Sequence record: NC_055780.1
Reading direction: 5' to 3' (one strand)
DNA length: 64,000 bases
Source of the DNA: Escherichia phage MLF4
Shown: one piece after another, positions 1 through 10,633 of the stretch
How the letters are laid out: every line of letters begins with the position of its first letter
Numbering within the stretch: position 1 is the first letter of the stretch
Translations under genes and position numbers: made by a program
The notes under the pieces: model-generated
Database searches by the model: none
What the model saw: the letters and a program-made list of their open reading frames with translations, nothing else
What the model was told of the DNA's origin: nothing

Positions 1-26
1 GTAAACCAAACTCTAAAGGATGAACA

Positions 27-1490
27 ATGATTCTTAAAATTCTGAATGAAATAGCATCTATTGGTTCAACTAAGCAAAAGCAAGCAATTCTTGAAAAGAA
101 TAAAGATAATGAATTGCTCAAACGAGTATATCGTCTGACTTATTCTCGTGGGTTACAGTATTATATCAAGAAATGGCCTAAACCTGGTATTGCTACCCAG
201 AGTTTTGGAATGTTGACTCTTACCGATATGCTTGACTTCATTGAATTCACATTAGCTACTCGGAAATTGACTGGAAATGCGGCAATTGAGGAATTAACTG
301 GATATATTACTGACGGTAAAAAAGATGATGTTGAAGTTTTGCGTCGGGTGATGATGCGAGACCTTGAATGCGGTGCATCAGTATCTATTGCAAACAAAGT
401 TTGGCCAGGTTTAATTCCTGAACAACCTCAAATGCTGGCAAGTTCTTATGATGAAAAAGGCATTAATAAGAATATCAAATTTCCAGCCTTTGCCCAATTA
501 AAAGCTGATGGAGCTCGGTGCTTTGCTGAAGTCAGAGGTGATGAATTAGATGATGTTCGTCTTTTATCACGAGCTGGTAATGAATATCTAGGATTAGATC
601 TTCTCAAGGAAGAGTTAATCAAAATGACTGCAGAAGCTCGCCAGATTCATCCAGAAGGTGTGTTAATTGATGGCGAATTGGTATACCATGAGCAAGTTGA
701 AAAGGAGCCAGAAGGCCTAGATTTTCTTTTTGATGCTTATCCTGAAATTAGTAAAGCTAAAGAATTCGCCGAAGTAGCTGAATCACGTACTACTTCTAAT
801 GGAATCGCTAATAAATCTTTAAAGGGAACTATTTCAGAAAAAGAAGCTCAATGCATGAAGTTTCAGGTCTGGGATTATGTTCCGTTGGTAGAAATATACG
901 GTCTTCCGGCGTTTCGTTTAAAATATGATGTACGTTTTTCTAAACTAGAACAAATGACATCAGGCTATGATAAAGTAATTTTAATTGAAAACCAGATAGT
1001 AAATAACCTAGATGAAGCTAAGGTAATTTATAAAAAGTATATTGACCAAGGTCTTGAAGGTATTATTCTTAAAAATATCGATGGATTATGGGAAAATGCT
1101 CGTTCAAAAAATCTTTATAAATTTAAAGAAGTAATTGATGTTGATTTAAAAATTGTAGGAATTTATCCTCACCGTAAAGACCCTACTAAAGCAGGTGGTT
1201 TCATTCTTGAATCAGAGTGTGGAAAAATTAAAGTAAATGCTGGTTCAGGCTTAAAAGATAAAGCCGGCGTAAAATCACATGAACTTGACCGTACTCGCAT
1301 TATGGAAAACCAAAATTATTATATTGGAAAAATTCTAGAGTGCGAATGCAACGGCTGGGTAAAATTAGATGGACGTACTGATTACGTTAAGCTATTTCTT
1401 CCAATTGCAATTCGTTTACGTGAAGATAAAACTAAAGCTAATACGTTCGAAGATGTATTTGGCGATTTTCATGAGGTAACTGGTTTATGA
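27..1490 (+). CDS. 30: ATP-dependent DNA ligase
   Basis: 487-aa ORF; sequence and length match T4 DNA ligase as recalled (MILKILNEIASIGST...); adenylation K-x-D-G motif in AQLKADGARCF; ATG at 27 with AAGGA upstream. Confidence 0.97.
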   Translation: MILKILNEIASIGSTKQKQAILEKNKDNELLKRVYRLTYSRGLQYYIKKWPKPGIATQSFGMLTLTDMLDFIEFTLATRKLTGNAAIEELTGYITDGKKDDVEVLRRVMMRDLECGASVSIANKVWPGLIPEQPQMLASSYDEKGINKNIKFPAFAQLKADGARCFAEVRGDELDDVRLLSRAGNEYLGLDLLKEELIKMTAEARQIHPEGVLIDGELVYHEQVEKEPEGLDFLFDAYPEISKAKEFAEVAESRTTSNGIANKSLKGTISEKEAQCMKFQVWDYVPLVEIYGLPAFRLKYDVRFSKLEQMTSGYDKVILIENQIVNNLDEAKVIYKKYIDQGLEGIILKNIDGLWENARSKNLYKFKEVIDVDLKIVGIYPHRKDPTKAGGFILESECGKIKVNAGSGLKDKAGVKSHELDRTRIMENQNYYIGKILECECNGWVKLDGRTDYVKLFLPIAIRLREDKTKANTFEDVFGDFHEVTGL

Positions 1491-1672
1491 AAGCTTACTT
1501 AGAAACAATTGTCGTGGCTCAAAAAGAAGGTGGAGATGTTTCCACTGCGGTATCGCAGGTTATTCTTGAATTCCCAGATAAACTAGCATATGATGAATTC
1601 ACGGAAAGATTTGATCCATATGAAAAAGGTCCAAAGTTTGAAGTATATCGTACTCTTTTAGCTCTCTATTAA
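1487..1672 (+). CDS. hypothetical small protein (61 aa)
   Basis: ORF start overlaps ligase stop (ATGA); followed by hairpin terminator; no recognisable domain. Confidence 0.5.
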   Translation: MKAYLETIVVAQKEGGDVSTAVSQVILEFPDKLAYDEFTERFDPYEKGPKFEVYRTLLALY

Positions 1673-1674
1673 TT

Positions 1675-1697
1675 AAAGGCCTTCGGGCCTTTAATTT
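1675..1697 (+). terminator. intrinsic terminator-like hairpin (AAAGGCC-TTCG-GGCCTTT) then A/T-rich run
   Basis: inverted repeat with UUCG tetraloop immediately after stop at 1672. Confidence 0.6.
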
Positions 1698-1705
1698 TAT
1701 AAATA
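1698..1705 (+). promoter_or_regulatory. T4 late promoter core TATAAATA (for alt)
   Basis: exact TATAAATA 24 nt upstream of ATG at 1729. Confidence 0.7.
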
Positions 1706-1728
1706 GAATAAACACTAGAGAGGATAAC

Positions 1729-3822
1729 ATGGAACTTATTACAGAATTATTTGACGAAGATACTACTCTTCCGATTACAAACTTAAATCCAAAGAAGAAA
1801 ATACCACAAATTTTTTCAGTTCATGTTGATGATGCAATTGAACAACCAGGCTTTCGTTTATGTACCTATACATCTGGAGGTGATACTAATCGCGATTTAA
1901 AGATGGGCGATAAAATGATGCATATTGTTCCTTTTACATTAACTGCTAAAGGCTCAATTGCTAAATTAAAAGGTCTTGGTCCAAGCCCAATTAATTATAT
2001 CAATTCAGTTTTTACTGTTGCAATGCAAACGATGCGTCAATATAAAATTGATGCCTGCATGCTTCGTATTCTTAAGTCTAAAACTGCTGGCCAAGCTCGA
2101 CAAATTCAAGTTATTGCTGATAGACTTATCCGTAGTCGTTCAGGTGGCAGATACGTCCTTCTTAAGGAACTCTGGGATTACGATAAAAAGTATGCATATA
2201 TTCTTATACATCGCAAAAATGTATCATTAGAAGACATTCCAGGAGTTCCAGAAATTAGCACTGAACTCTTTACTAAAGTTGAATCGAAGGTCGGTGATGT
2301 TTATATCAATAAAGATACTGGAGCTCAAGTAACTAAAAATGAGGCAATTGCAGCATCTATTGCGCAAGAAAATGATAAACGTTCTGACCAAGCTGTAATC
2401 GTTAAAGTTAAAATTTCCCGTAGAGCAATTGCGCAAAGTCAATCGTTAGAGTCTTCTAGATTTGAAAGTGAATTATTCCAGAAGTATGAATCTACTGCAG
2501 CTAATTTCAATAAACCTGCTACCGCTCCTTTAATTCCCGAAGCAGAAGAAATGAAGCTTGGAATTAATTCATTAGCTTCTAAAACAAAGGCAGCAAAAAT
2601 TATTGCCGAAGGAACGGCAGATGAACTTCACTATGATTATAAATTCTTTCCAATGAGTCAAGTCGGTGAAGTTTCAGAAAAAATTAAAGAAGTAATTTTT
2701 AATGCAATTAAAAATGAACCAACTACTTCAATAAAATGTTTAGAGAAATACGCAGCAGCTGTAAATCAATTCTTTGAAGATTATAAAGATAAATGGCTTG
2801 CTAATCATAATAAAAATCGTAAAGGACAATCAGATGAAGTCTGGGAAGAAATAACTAAAAATTCCTGGAACGCAACAAAAACTAAATTCCTCAAACGAAT
2901 GATTTACAGTTTTTCTGGAATTGGTGCTGGTCCAATGATTGATATTACTATTGCACGCGATGGTTCTAAATATACTCCATCACAAAAGCGTGGCATTAGA
3001 GAATATTGCGGTTCAGGATATACTGACATCAATAATCTTCTTTTAGGTCGTTACAATCCAGAACGATACGATGTAATGAGTGAAAAAGAAATTGAATCTG
3101 CTATAAATAACTTAGATTCAGCTTTTGAAAATGGTGACCGTATACCAGAAGGCATTACAGTTTATCGTGCTCAAAGTATGACTGCTCCTATATATGAAGC
3201 GTTAGTTAAAAATAAAGTGTTCTACTTCAGAAATTTTGTATCTACTTCTTTAACTCCTATCATTTTTGGACGTTTTGGAATCACACATGCTGGTATTGGT
3301 CTTTTAGAACCAGAAGCTCGTAATGAATTGACAGTTGATAAAAATGAAGAAGGAATAACTATTAATCCAAACGAAATAAGAGCGTATAAAGAAAATCCTG
3401 AATACGTTAAAGTTCAAATAGGATGGGCAATTGATGGAGCTCATAAAGTTAATGTTGTATATCCAGGAAGTCTCGGAATAGCAACAGAAGCTGAAGTTAT
3501 TCTACCGCGCGGATTGATGGTCAAAGTTAATAAAATAACTGATGCTTCTAATAATGACGGAACAACATCTAATAATACAAAACTCATTCAAGCTGAAGTT
3601 ATGACCACAGAAGAGCTCACCGAATCGGTAATCTATGACGGAGACCATTTAATGGAAACCGGTGAAGTAGTTGCAATGACAGGTGATATTGAAATAGAAG
3701 ACAGAGTTGACTTTGCATCATTTGTTTCATCAAATATTAAACAGAAAGTAGAATCATCTCTTGGAATTATTGCGTCTTGCATAGATATTACAAACATGCC
3801 TTACAAGTTCGTTCAAGGATAA
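1729..3822 (+). CDS. alt: Alt ADP-ribosyltransferase (virion-packaged)
   Basis: 697 aa; N-terminus MELITELFDEDTTLPITNL and C-terminus ...NMPYKFVQG match recalled T4 Alt; ART-like elements YRAQ, FVSTSL, EAEVILPRG; late promoter upstream. Confidence 0.9.
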   Translation: MELITELFDEDTTLPITNLNPKKKIPQIFSVHVDDAIEQPGFRLCTYTSGGDTNRDLKMGDKMMHIVPFTLTAKGSIAKLKGLGPSPINYINSVFTVAMQTMRQYKIDACMLRILKSKTAGQARQIQVIADRLIRSRSGGRYVLLKELWDYDKKYAYILIHRKNVSLEDIPGVPEISTELFTKVESKVGDVYINKDTGAQVTKNEAIAASIAQENDKRSDQAVIVKVKISRRAIAQSQSLESSRFESELFQKYESTAANFNKPATAPLIPEAEEMKLGINSLASKTKAAKIIAEGTADELHYDYKFFPMSQVGEVSEKIKEVIFNAIKNEPTTSIKCLEKYAAAVNQFFEDYKDKWLANHNKNRKGQSDEVWEEITKNSWNATKTKFLKRMIYSFSGIGAGPMIDITIARDGSKYTPSQKRGIREYCGSGYTDINNLLLGRYNPERYDVMSEKEIESAINNLDSAFENGDRIPEGITVYRAQSMTAPIYEALVKNKVFYFRNFVSTSLTPIIFGRFGITHAGIGLLEPEARNELTVDKNEEGITINPNEIRAYKENPEYVKVQIGWAIDGAHKVNVVYPGSLGIATEAEVILPRGLMVKVNKITDASNNDGTTSNNTKLIQAEVMTTEELTESVIYDGDHLMETGEVVAMTGDIEIEDRVDFASFVSSNIKQKVESSLGIIASCIDITNMPYKFVQG

Positions 3823-3825
3823 ATC

Positions 3826-5883
3826 ATGGAACTTATTACAGAATTATTTGACGGCGCTTCGGCGCCGGTTGTTAACTTAAATCCTAAGCATAAAATACCT
3901 CAAATTTTTGCTATTCAAGCAGGTGAAGAAAGCGTGCTTCCTGGATTTAGATTTTGTACATACACCTCTGGCGGTGATACGAATAAAAACGTTAAGCCAG
4001 GCGACAAAATGATGCATATCGTAATGATAGGTGTTAATGAGAAACTATCATTAGTTAAGCTTAAAAACTTGGGTGGAAATCCAATTGGCGTCATTAATGC
4101 TGTTTTTGATACTGCTCTTCAAACAATGAAGCAGTATAAAATTGATGCATGCCTATTCCGCGTACTAAAAAGTAAAACAAATGGCGCAGCTCGTCAAATG
4201 CAAGTTATTGCTGACCGTTTAGTACGTACTAAAGGAGCAGGTCGATATGTTCTTTTAAAGGAAATCTGGGATTATGATAAAAAGTACGCATATATTATGG
4301 TTTACCGTAAAAATGCCAATTTAGAAGACATTCCAGGTGTACCTCCTATTTCAACCGAGTTATTCACAAAAGTTGAATCAAAGGTTGGTGATGTTTATGT
4401 AGACGTTAAAACAGGTAATGCTGTTCCTAAAGCTGTTGCTGTTGCTGCTTCTATTGCTTTAGAAAATGATAAGCGCACGGATCAAGCTGTTATTCAGAAA
4501 ACTAAAATTAGTCGTCGATTAGCAGCACAAGCTCAATATTCTACTGTTGATGCTTCACTTCAGGGTGATAGCTTCGCTGCTAAGAAATATCAAGAGTTTG
4601 AATCTAAAGTTCCGGTATATAAAGCAGAAGGACCAATGAACTCTGGCGTTATTCAGATTGGTTCAAACTTTAGCAAAGGAGCTATCGGTGGTATGAGAAG
4701 TGCTTCTCGTTTTAAATCTAGTGATTATGAACTCGAAAGCTTCCGAAATCATATTGCATTGGCCCATGCACGTTTACGCGATCCATCTATCAAGCTGCAG
4801 AGCGATATAACATATCAAGGTTCTCAAGAATATTTAAAGAATAAAGAATTCTTTGATTATAAAACTGATAAAATTTTAAGCGATCTTGCTGACATTAATA
4901 TTTCTAATAGCTTTGATGTTATTAAGAAAATTGTCAATGATTTAGTTAAAGGTTCTAAAGCTACACCAGATGAAAAGACAGCTATTATTCAATTTGTCAT
5001 GAATGGAATTTATAAATTAATTGATGAATCTGCCGCTCAGGCATATGAATATGCAAGTACTGAAGTAACTCCAAAAGGATTAACTCAGGCTGAATCTGAT
5101 GTAATTGAAGATTATTGTGCAGATTCATATGTTGAAATGAACTCATTCCTTTTAGGTAAACCTGATTCTACCCGTGAAGAATATATGGAACGAGCTATTA
5201 AACATATTGAGACGCTGGATTCTGCATTTTCTAAAGGTTCAGTTCTTCCTCCAGGAACGACTCTTTATCGTGGGCAAGAAGTTACCTTTAAAACTTTGCG
5301 TCATAACATTGAAAATAAAATGTTCTATTTCAAGAACTTTGTATCTACTTCACTCAAGCCAAATATCTTCGGTGAATATGGTAAAAATTATATGGCCTTA
5401 GATGATTCCGGAGCAGTATTTTCTGGTGAAGGAGAAGGTTCAGTTGATGCTGAAGATTTAATGCATATGGGTAGTCATTCTACATATGCGAATGAAGACG
5501 CTGAAACTAGCGTGGGTATGGTAATTAAAGGAGCTGAACGAGTTAAAGTTATCGTTCCAGGTCATTTGTCAGGATTTCCATCAGAAGCTGAAGTTATTCT
5601 ACCACGTGGAATTTTACTGAAGATTAATAAAGTAAGTACTTACTTTATGAAAGAAACTGCTTATAACAAGTATCTAATCGAAGGTACAATCGTTCCTCCT
5701 TCTGAACAATTAGAAGAATCAGTATATGATGGCGACCATCTAATGGAAACTGGTGAAGTTCGTCCAATGGCTGGATTTAATCAATTCCTTGTAGAAGAAT
5801 CAAAAGAAGAGGAAAACGAAGTTTCTCAAATCTTAGCTTCTTTGGTTAACATTAACGGAATGTCTAAAAAGTTCAAAATGTAG
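3826..5883 (+). CDS. Alt-like ADP-ribosyltransferase paralog
   Basis: 685 aa; same N-terminal block (MELITELFD...CTYTSGGDTN...KQYKIDAC...WDYDKKYAYI) and catalytic-region motifs (YRGQ, FYFKNFVSTSL, EAEVILPRG, YDGDHLMETGEV) as the upstream alt but divergent central and C-terminal segments. Confidence 0.8.
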   Translation: MELITELFDGASAPVVNLNPKHKIPQIFAIQAGEESVLPGFRFCTYTSGGDTNKNVKPGDKMMHIVMIGVNEKLSLVKLKNLGGNPIGVINAVFDTALQTMKQYKIDACLFRVLKSKTNGAARQMQVIADRLVRTKGAGRYVLLKEIWDYDKKYAYIMVYRKNANLEDIPGVPPISTELFTKVESKVGDVYVDVKTGNAVPKAVAVAASIALENDKRTDQAVIQKTKISRRLAAQAQYSTVDASLQGDSFAAKKYQEFESKVPVYKAEGPMNSGVIQIGSNFSKGAIGGMRSASRFKSSDYELESFRNHIALAHARLRDPSIKLQSDITYQGSQEYLKNKEFFDYKTDKILSDLADINISNSFDVIKKIVNDLVKGSKATPDEKTAIIQFVMNGIYKLIDESAAQAYEYASTEVTPKGLTQAESDVIEDYCADSYVEMNSFLLGKPDSTREEYMERAIKHIETLDSAFSKGSVLPPGTTLYRGQEVTFKTLRHNIENKMFYFKNFVSTSLKPNIFGEYGKNYMALDDSGAVFSGEGEGSVDAEDLMHMGSHSTYANEDAETSVGMVIKGAERVKVIVPGHLSGFPSEAEVILPRGILLKINKVSTYFMKETAYNKYLIEGTIVPPSEQLEESVYDGDHLMETGEVRPMAGFNQFLVEESKEEENEVSQILASLVNINGMSKKFKM

Positions 5884-5912
5884 TTTACAAGTCCCTCGTG
5901 TTGTGTTATAGT
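5883..5912 (+). promoter_or_regulatory. T4 early-type promoter (GTTTAC-N18-TATAGT)
   Basis: GTTTAC overlaps the TAG stop of the Alt paralog; -10-like TATAGT 18 nt downstream; precedes ORF at 5944. Confidence 0.5.
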
Positions 5913-5943
5913 AGTCTTACTGACATAACATGAGGAACACAAA

Positions 5944-6234
5944 ATGAAATCTTCTTTGCGCTTTTTAGGTCAAGAACTTGTAGTTGAAGGCGTTATTCCT
6001 GCTGATAATGCTTTTAATGAAGCAGTTTACGATGAATTTATTAAAATTTTCGGAACCGATAAAAAGTTTGGAATTTTTCCTTCTGAAAATTTTTCAAAGC
6101 CAGAACAGACTGAAAGTATTTTTCAGGGTGTAGTAACAGGTAAATTTGAGTCAGAAGCTCCGGTAAAAATTGAGGTTTATATTGAAGAAACCTCTGTTGC
6201 TTCAGTTGCTGCTTTTATTTCATTCCGTAAATAA
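5944..6234 (+). CDS. hypothetical protein (96 aa)
   Basis: ORF with GAGGAA SD; occupies the alt.-N position between alt and gene 54; no recognisable domain. Confidence 0.5.
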   Translation: MKSSLRFLGQELVVEGVIPADNAFNEAVYDEFIKIFGTDKKFGIFPSENFSKPEQTESIFQGVVTGKFESEAPVKIEVYIEETSVASVAAFISFRK

Positions 6235-6238
6235 AAAC

Positions 6239-6260
6239 ATGGGGACCTTTCGGTCCCCAT
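6239..6260. terminator. bidirectional hairpin terminator (ATGGGGACC-TTTC-GGTCCCCAT)
   Basis: 9-bp perfect stem between convergent ORF 5944..6234 and gene 54. Confidence 0.7.
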
Positions 6261-6262
6261 TG

Positions 6263-7228
6263 TTATATTGCTCCTAATATTTTACTTTGCGAGTTGACAA
6301 TTCCTGTCATAGTATTAATATTTGAAATGCTTCCTGCAGTTCCCCCTAATCTACTAAGTCGTGAAAGCGAATTAGATAGTCCAGTAACACCTCCACTATT
6401 TCCGAGAACGCTTTGAATACCATTTATAGTAGCAGATTCAAGCCATTCAAGGGCAGCTTGTCTATCAACTGCTCCAGCCTGCATGACTCTATAAGCGAAA
6501 GTAACATCAAATGTAGTTATTTGGTTATCTCCATCATATGATAACTCAGGAGCACTCACAGATATTGGAATACAGCCAGTGAACATCACCGCAGTATGTG
6601 GTAATCCATTGCGAGAATGAAGATTGACCTGAATATCTGCCTCGACATCTTGCGGTAAAGCACGCAATCCAGTTACTGGGTCTTGAACGGCGTTAACCCA
6701 GTCTTGCATTGCACGATAGTTACAAGCTTCTGAATCCATTCTGAATGAAATAACCAAAGGGTCTAATTCTCTTCCAGTTATACGAATATTAGGAGAATTA
6801 TAGTTCCAGTCAGTTTCATAGGATAATCTATTCTCTGGCATTTTTACAGAATATATCATCAATCCAGATGAGTTATATGCCATGTTAAAGAAGTCAATTA
6901 AATATGTACCAACTGTAAATGAGCCTAATAAACTCTGAACAGTACGCTGACTCATAGCTCCAATAAGATATTTACTGACTCCCGATTTTCTTATTAGTTT
7001 TTGTGTGCCAGCGGTAATTAGCGTGGTAATTCCCTGATTAATATCGCCTTGAGACAATCCTAACCAGTCTGAATTTAGACCCAAGTTATTATAAGAAAAG
7101 TTGCTAATTGAACTTATCAACGAAGAGCTTTTAGTTGATGGAGTTGTCGCAAAAACGCAGCTAAACATATTATTACGTTGGAAATCTGCGTTTATTGCTT
7201 GATTATTAAATTCCTCTAAAGAATACAT
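6263..7228 (-). CDS. 54: baseplate tail-tube initiator gp54
   Basis: 321 aa; position and length match T4 gp54; adjacent to gp48. Confidence 0.85.
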   Translation of the reverse strand: MYSLEEFNNQAINADFQRNNMFSCVFATTPSTKSSSLISSISNFSYNNLGLNSDWLGLSQGDINQGITTLITAGTQKLIRKSGVSKYLIGAMSQRTVQSLLGSFTVGTYLIDFFNMAYNSSGLMIYSVKMPENRLSYETDWNYNSPNIRITGRELDPLVISFRMDSEACNYRAMQDWVNAVQDPVTGLRALPQDVEADIQVNLHSRNGLPHTAVMFTGCIPISVSAPELSYDGDNQITTFDVTFAYRVMQAGAVDRQAALEWLESATINGIQSVLGNSGGVTGLSNSLSRLSRLGGTAGSISNINTMTGIVNSQSKILGAI

Positions 7229-8322
7229 TAAAAAGTCCCCGCATATAAAGAAGCACGGTTTAACGTGATAATTTCTCTCATAGTAATCTCAAGAGTAAAT
7301 GTACTAGGGAGGTTTGGAGCAATAGCTAATCCGTTAAAGTTACCATTAGGTGTTTTATCAAATCTGATGCTCTGTATTTGGCATGGACCAAATATTTCCG
7401 TTTTTCCATCAAACTTAGATGTTGCACCAAAGTTTTTCACCATCCAAATTGTCGGGTTTGAAACTACTAGAACGTTAGTTAAGCTCGATGTCATTTTCTC
7501 AAATAGTGTTTTATTTTTAGCTGCGTCTTCCGGAGATAAAGGTTCAATTAACGTAGAACGATACCAATCATCCAAATACCCCTTTATTTCAGCAGCATAT
7601 TGAGATTTGCCTGTTTCACCATAAGAAAAATAGTTAAAATATTGATAGATATTGATAATAGCCATCAAATCTTCTGTTGAACGTGGAGTCAAATCCCATG
7701 TAAACACTTTAGTTCTATTCTCAGCACCACCATACATACTTCTGGCTGTCGTATAAATCTGTTCATTATTATCAGCCATTATACCTTGTGTTATACTTTC
7801 CAGTGCCCCAAATACTGCAGTTGAAGCAATATTACTTAACACACCAGTAGCAGTACCTCCGCCTCTGCTGATAAGACTTTCTTGAACATCATTAAATCTA
7901 TGTGATGATGTATCAACGTCAGATTTAGATCTCGGTAAAAGAATGTTTGCGACAGGAGCTTTACTTATTGTTCCTGAATTATTGTTTGATATTAATCCAT
8001 TTGATAGTTTTGATACTGTACTACTAATAGTGTTTCTAGCTGTACTTAAAATACTCGAAGATGAAGAAGAGTAGTTAGATCTCATCGATCTAAGACTTCC
8101 AGAATCCCTAGATGACATATTGTACGCAGTAAATAATAATCCATTCTTATATAGATCTGTTACCTGGAAGTCCCCTGTAGTGTCATTACCACTAGCACGC
8201 CCAGTTGGAAACTGGGCAGTGTATGTTTTAGTTGCTACTTCTGATTTAGTACTCTGTCCGGCTGAAATTTTCTCACCGGACTTTTTAATTAAATCAGCAG
8301 TTATTTCTTTAACAATTGCCAT
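7228..8322 (-). CDS. 48: baseplate tail-tube cap gp48
   Basis: 364 aa, same length as T4 gp48; conserved synteny 29-48-54. Confidence 0.85.
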   Translation of the reverse strand: MAIVKEITADLIKKSGEKISAGQSTKSEVATKTYTAQFPTGRASGNDTTGDFQVTDLYKNGLLFTAYNMSSRDSGSLRSMRSNYSSSSSSILSTARNTISSTVSKLSNGLISNNNSGTISKAPVANILLPRSKSDVDTSSHRFNDVQESLISRGGGTATGVLSNIASTAVFGALESITQGIMADNNEQIYTTARSMYGGAENRTKVFTWDLTPRSTEDLMAIINIYQYFNYFSYGETGKSQYAAEIKGYLDDWYRSTLIEPLSPEDAAKNKTLFEKMTSSLTNVLVVSNPTIWMVKNFGATSKFDGKTEIFGPCQIQSIRFDKTPNGNFNGLAIAPNLPSTFTLEITMREIITLNRASLYAGTF

Positions 8323-8330
8323 ATTATTCC

Positions 8331-10103
8331 TTAATTAACTCCAGTCGCATCAAATACACCAGGAGCAGTCGTGCTCGTTACGGGTGTCATATTATGAACG
8401 ACAGTATTTTTCTTAATAACATTATTAGTATTATTGATCGAAGGAGATGCTTGTTGAACAGGAGCTTGCTGTGCTTTGTTCTTTTCTATTACCTGGACTT
8501 GTTTTGCTTCTGGCGATTTAGCAGAAGTTTCAGGTTTGGCATTAGGCTGATTTTTCTTGAGCTCTTGATAAGTAGCATCAATTTTAGAAAATCTAGCAGC
8601 AAGTTCTTTTTTAACTGCCGGTGAATTATTTAAATCTGGGTCATCCATCCGTTTTTTAAGGTCTTCATAGGCAGCTTCAACTGATTTAACCGTTGAGTCT
8701 TTACTCATATCAGCTGAATCAGCATATTTTTCAAAACGAATCATCGCGGCACGGGCTTCATTAGCCTTCATTAAAGCATTTTTTCTTTCTTCAGGTGAAA
8801 GTTGCTTTAATTTTTCTTCTTCTGCTGCGCGTTCTTCATCGGTTGTCAATGCTTCTTTATTATCAACGCCACGAATCCAGTTAGATGCACGAGTTTTCCA
8901 ATTAGCAATTTTATCTAATCCTTTTGCTATCGGACCAAGGTCTCCGTTCATTCGTTTATCTTGATAATTTGCAACTTTTTCCTGGTCTTCTTTATTGAGA
9001 GATGCTCCAGTAGAATTTTGGAAATTTTCTAGTGCTCTTCCTTCTACTTCATCAGCGGTATCCTTCATGCCAGGAATGACTCGAAGAATTGCAGCAGATA
9101 ATTTAGCCATTCCAAGCTGAATAAGTTCTCCTAAATTATAAAGAACCTTTCCAAGCCCTTCTACAATAGCTACCGTCAAACCGCCCCAATCTCCCTCTTC
9201 CCAGAATTTTTTAATTTCATCAATAGAACTAAAGATGCTCTGTAATAAAGGACCCCATGTTCCGGTTTCGCTAGAGAATTTAGTAAAGTCTGTACTAAAC
9301 AAATCCCAAGCCTGCGAAAATTTATCTGACCAATATTTGAAATGAACCATCAGCAGATCTATTCCAACAACAACAGCCAATATCATTGCAGTCATTTTAG
9401 CAGCTTCAATAGCAGCACTAACGGTATACTTAAATAGCATGCTTGATATTTTATCAGTAATTGAAATGGATTTCTTAAATCCAAAATCAACAGTCTTTGT
9501 TAATTTATCTAAAGCTTGAGATAATTTTAAGTTAAATGCGTCTTTTTTCTGTTTTTCTTCTGGCGATTCTTGTTTAGGTTCAACTGGCTGAGGGGTAGGG
9601 AAAAAATCAGCATCAGGATCATTATTAACTGCTTCAGGAGCCGGTAATAAAGGACCCACAGATTCAGCTGTATCGTCCTCAACAACTTTAACAGGAATAG
9701 CGCTTTCAACCGTAGCTAAACTAGTTCCTGTTTGTTGAATTCCGGCTGTCTGGATTTTTTGCTCGAGTAAACTCGTTAATTTATCTAATTTACTTCCGAG
9801 CGATTCACCGATTTCTTTATTAATATTATTGCCAATTTCGACAGTTTCAGCAATTAACTCAGAACCGGCAGTAGTATCACTTACTGCGCTTTCAACGTTA
9901 TCAATTGCTCCAACTATTTCATTTGATTTTTCTTCAACAGTCTGAGCTATTAATTCAGAAGCAGCTTGAGTATCATCCAATTTCGTAGATATATCATTAA
10001 GTCCAGATAAAGTGTTAGAAGCAGATTTAGCCGCTTCCTGTGTTGGTTTATTATCTGAAATAACTTTTCTACGCATCGTTTGCATTTCTTGTGGCTTTTT
10101 CAT
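8331..10103 (-). CDS. 29: baseplate hub / tail length determinator gp29
   Basis: 590 aa as in T4 gp29; extended predicted helical/coiled region; synteny. Confidence 0.85.
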   Translation of the reverse strand: MKKPQEMQTMRRKVISDNKPTQEAAKSASNTLSGLNDISTKLDDTQAASELIAQTVEEKSNEIVGAIDNVESAVSDTTAGSELIAETVEIGNNINKEIGESLGSKLDKLTSLLEQKIQTAGIQQTGTSLATVESAIPVKVVEDDTAESVGPLLPAPEAVNNDPDADFFPTPQPVEPKQESPEEKQKKDAFNLKLSQALDKLTKTVDFGFKKSISITDKISSMLFKYTVSAAIEAAKMTAMILAVVVGIDLLMVHFKYWSDKFSQAWDLFSTDFTKFSSETGTWGPLLQSIFSSIDEIKKFWEEGDWGGLTVAIVEGLGKVLYNLGELIQLGMAKLSAAILRVIPGMKDTADEVEGRALENFQNSTGASLNKEDQEKVANYQDKRMNGDLGPIAKGLDKIANWKTRASNWIRGVDNKEALTTDEERAAEEEKLKQLSPEERKNALMKANEARAAMIRFEKYADSADMSKDSTVKSVEAAYEDLKKRMDDPDLNNSPAVKKELAARFSKIDATYQELKKNQPNAKPETSAKSPEAKQVQVIEKNKAQQAPVQQASPSINNTNNVIKKNTVVHNMTPVTSTTAPGVFDATGVN

Positions 10104-10633
10104 TCAAATAATCCAATAATATTGCCAATTCCAGTTATTGGACCATTAGGGCCAGGAATTGCTAAAGTTGTAAAAATATCATTTGCCCATTTTAAAACGA
10201 ATGCTGGCATCTCAAGAAAATTAATTTCTTTAACTTCATCATTGACCTTAAGCAAGCATTTGGATAACATATCGCTCACCGTTAAAAATTGTTCAAATTT
10301 TCCAGGAGGTCTAAAATAAAATGTATTTCCTTGGTATTGAAATTCTAATCTTTGGCATACATAAACATCATTAATGTCATAAGTATAACCATCTATTTCT
10401 TTACGAGATTTAATCTTTCCATTAAATTCCAATAAATGAATGGAAACGAAATCAACTTCTGCTGGTGATAAATTCGGGCAAATAGAATCAATAAGAAGTT
10501 TTAAATTTTCATCAGGACCTTTAACATCTTTTAAAATGTTATAATGTTTAAGACCCATTTTAGGAATAGAAACTTCTTTATTGCTTATTGGAAGAACTAC
10601 TTTCTTCAGTGGTAGTATCAGATTTAAATTCAT
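10100..10633 (-). CDS. 28: baseplate hub distal subunit gp28
   Basis: 177 aa as in T4 gp28; ATG at 10633; overlaps 3' end of gene 27 by ~56 nt. Confidence 0.8.
   Translation of the reverse strand: MNLNLILPLKKVVLPISNKEVSIPKMGLKHYNILKDVKGPDENLKLLIDSICPNLSPAEVDFVSIHLLEFNGKIKSRKEIDGYTYDINDVYVCQRLEFQYQGNTFYFRPPGKFEQFLTVSDMLSKCLLKVNDEVKEINFLEMPAFVLKWANDIFTTLAIPGPNGPITGIGNIIGLFE

Noticed and set aside
161-397. 78-aa minus-strand ORF inside the DNA ligase gene
   Set aside because: Antisense to a confidently identified gene, no SD or promoter, typical spurious ORF in AT-rich DNA; the same applies to the other short opposite-strand ORFs in the track (e.g. 7265..7603, 22144..22530, 23039..23383, 36803..37120, 48935..49135).
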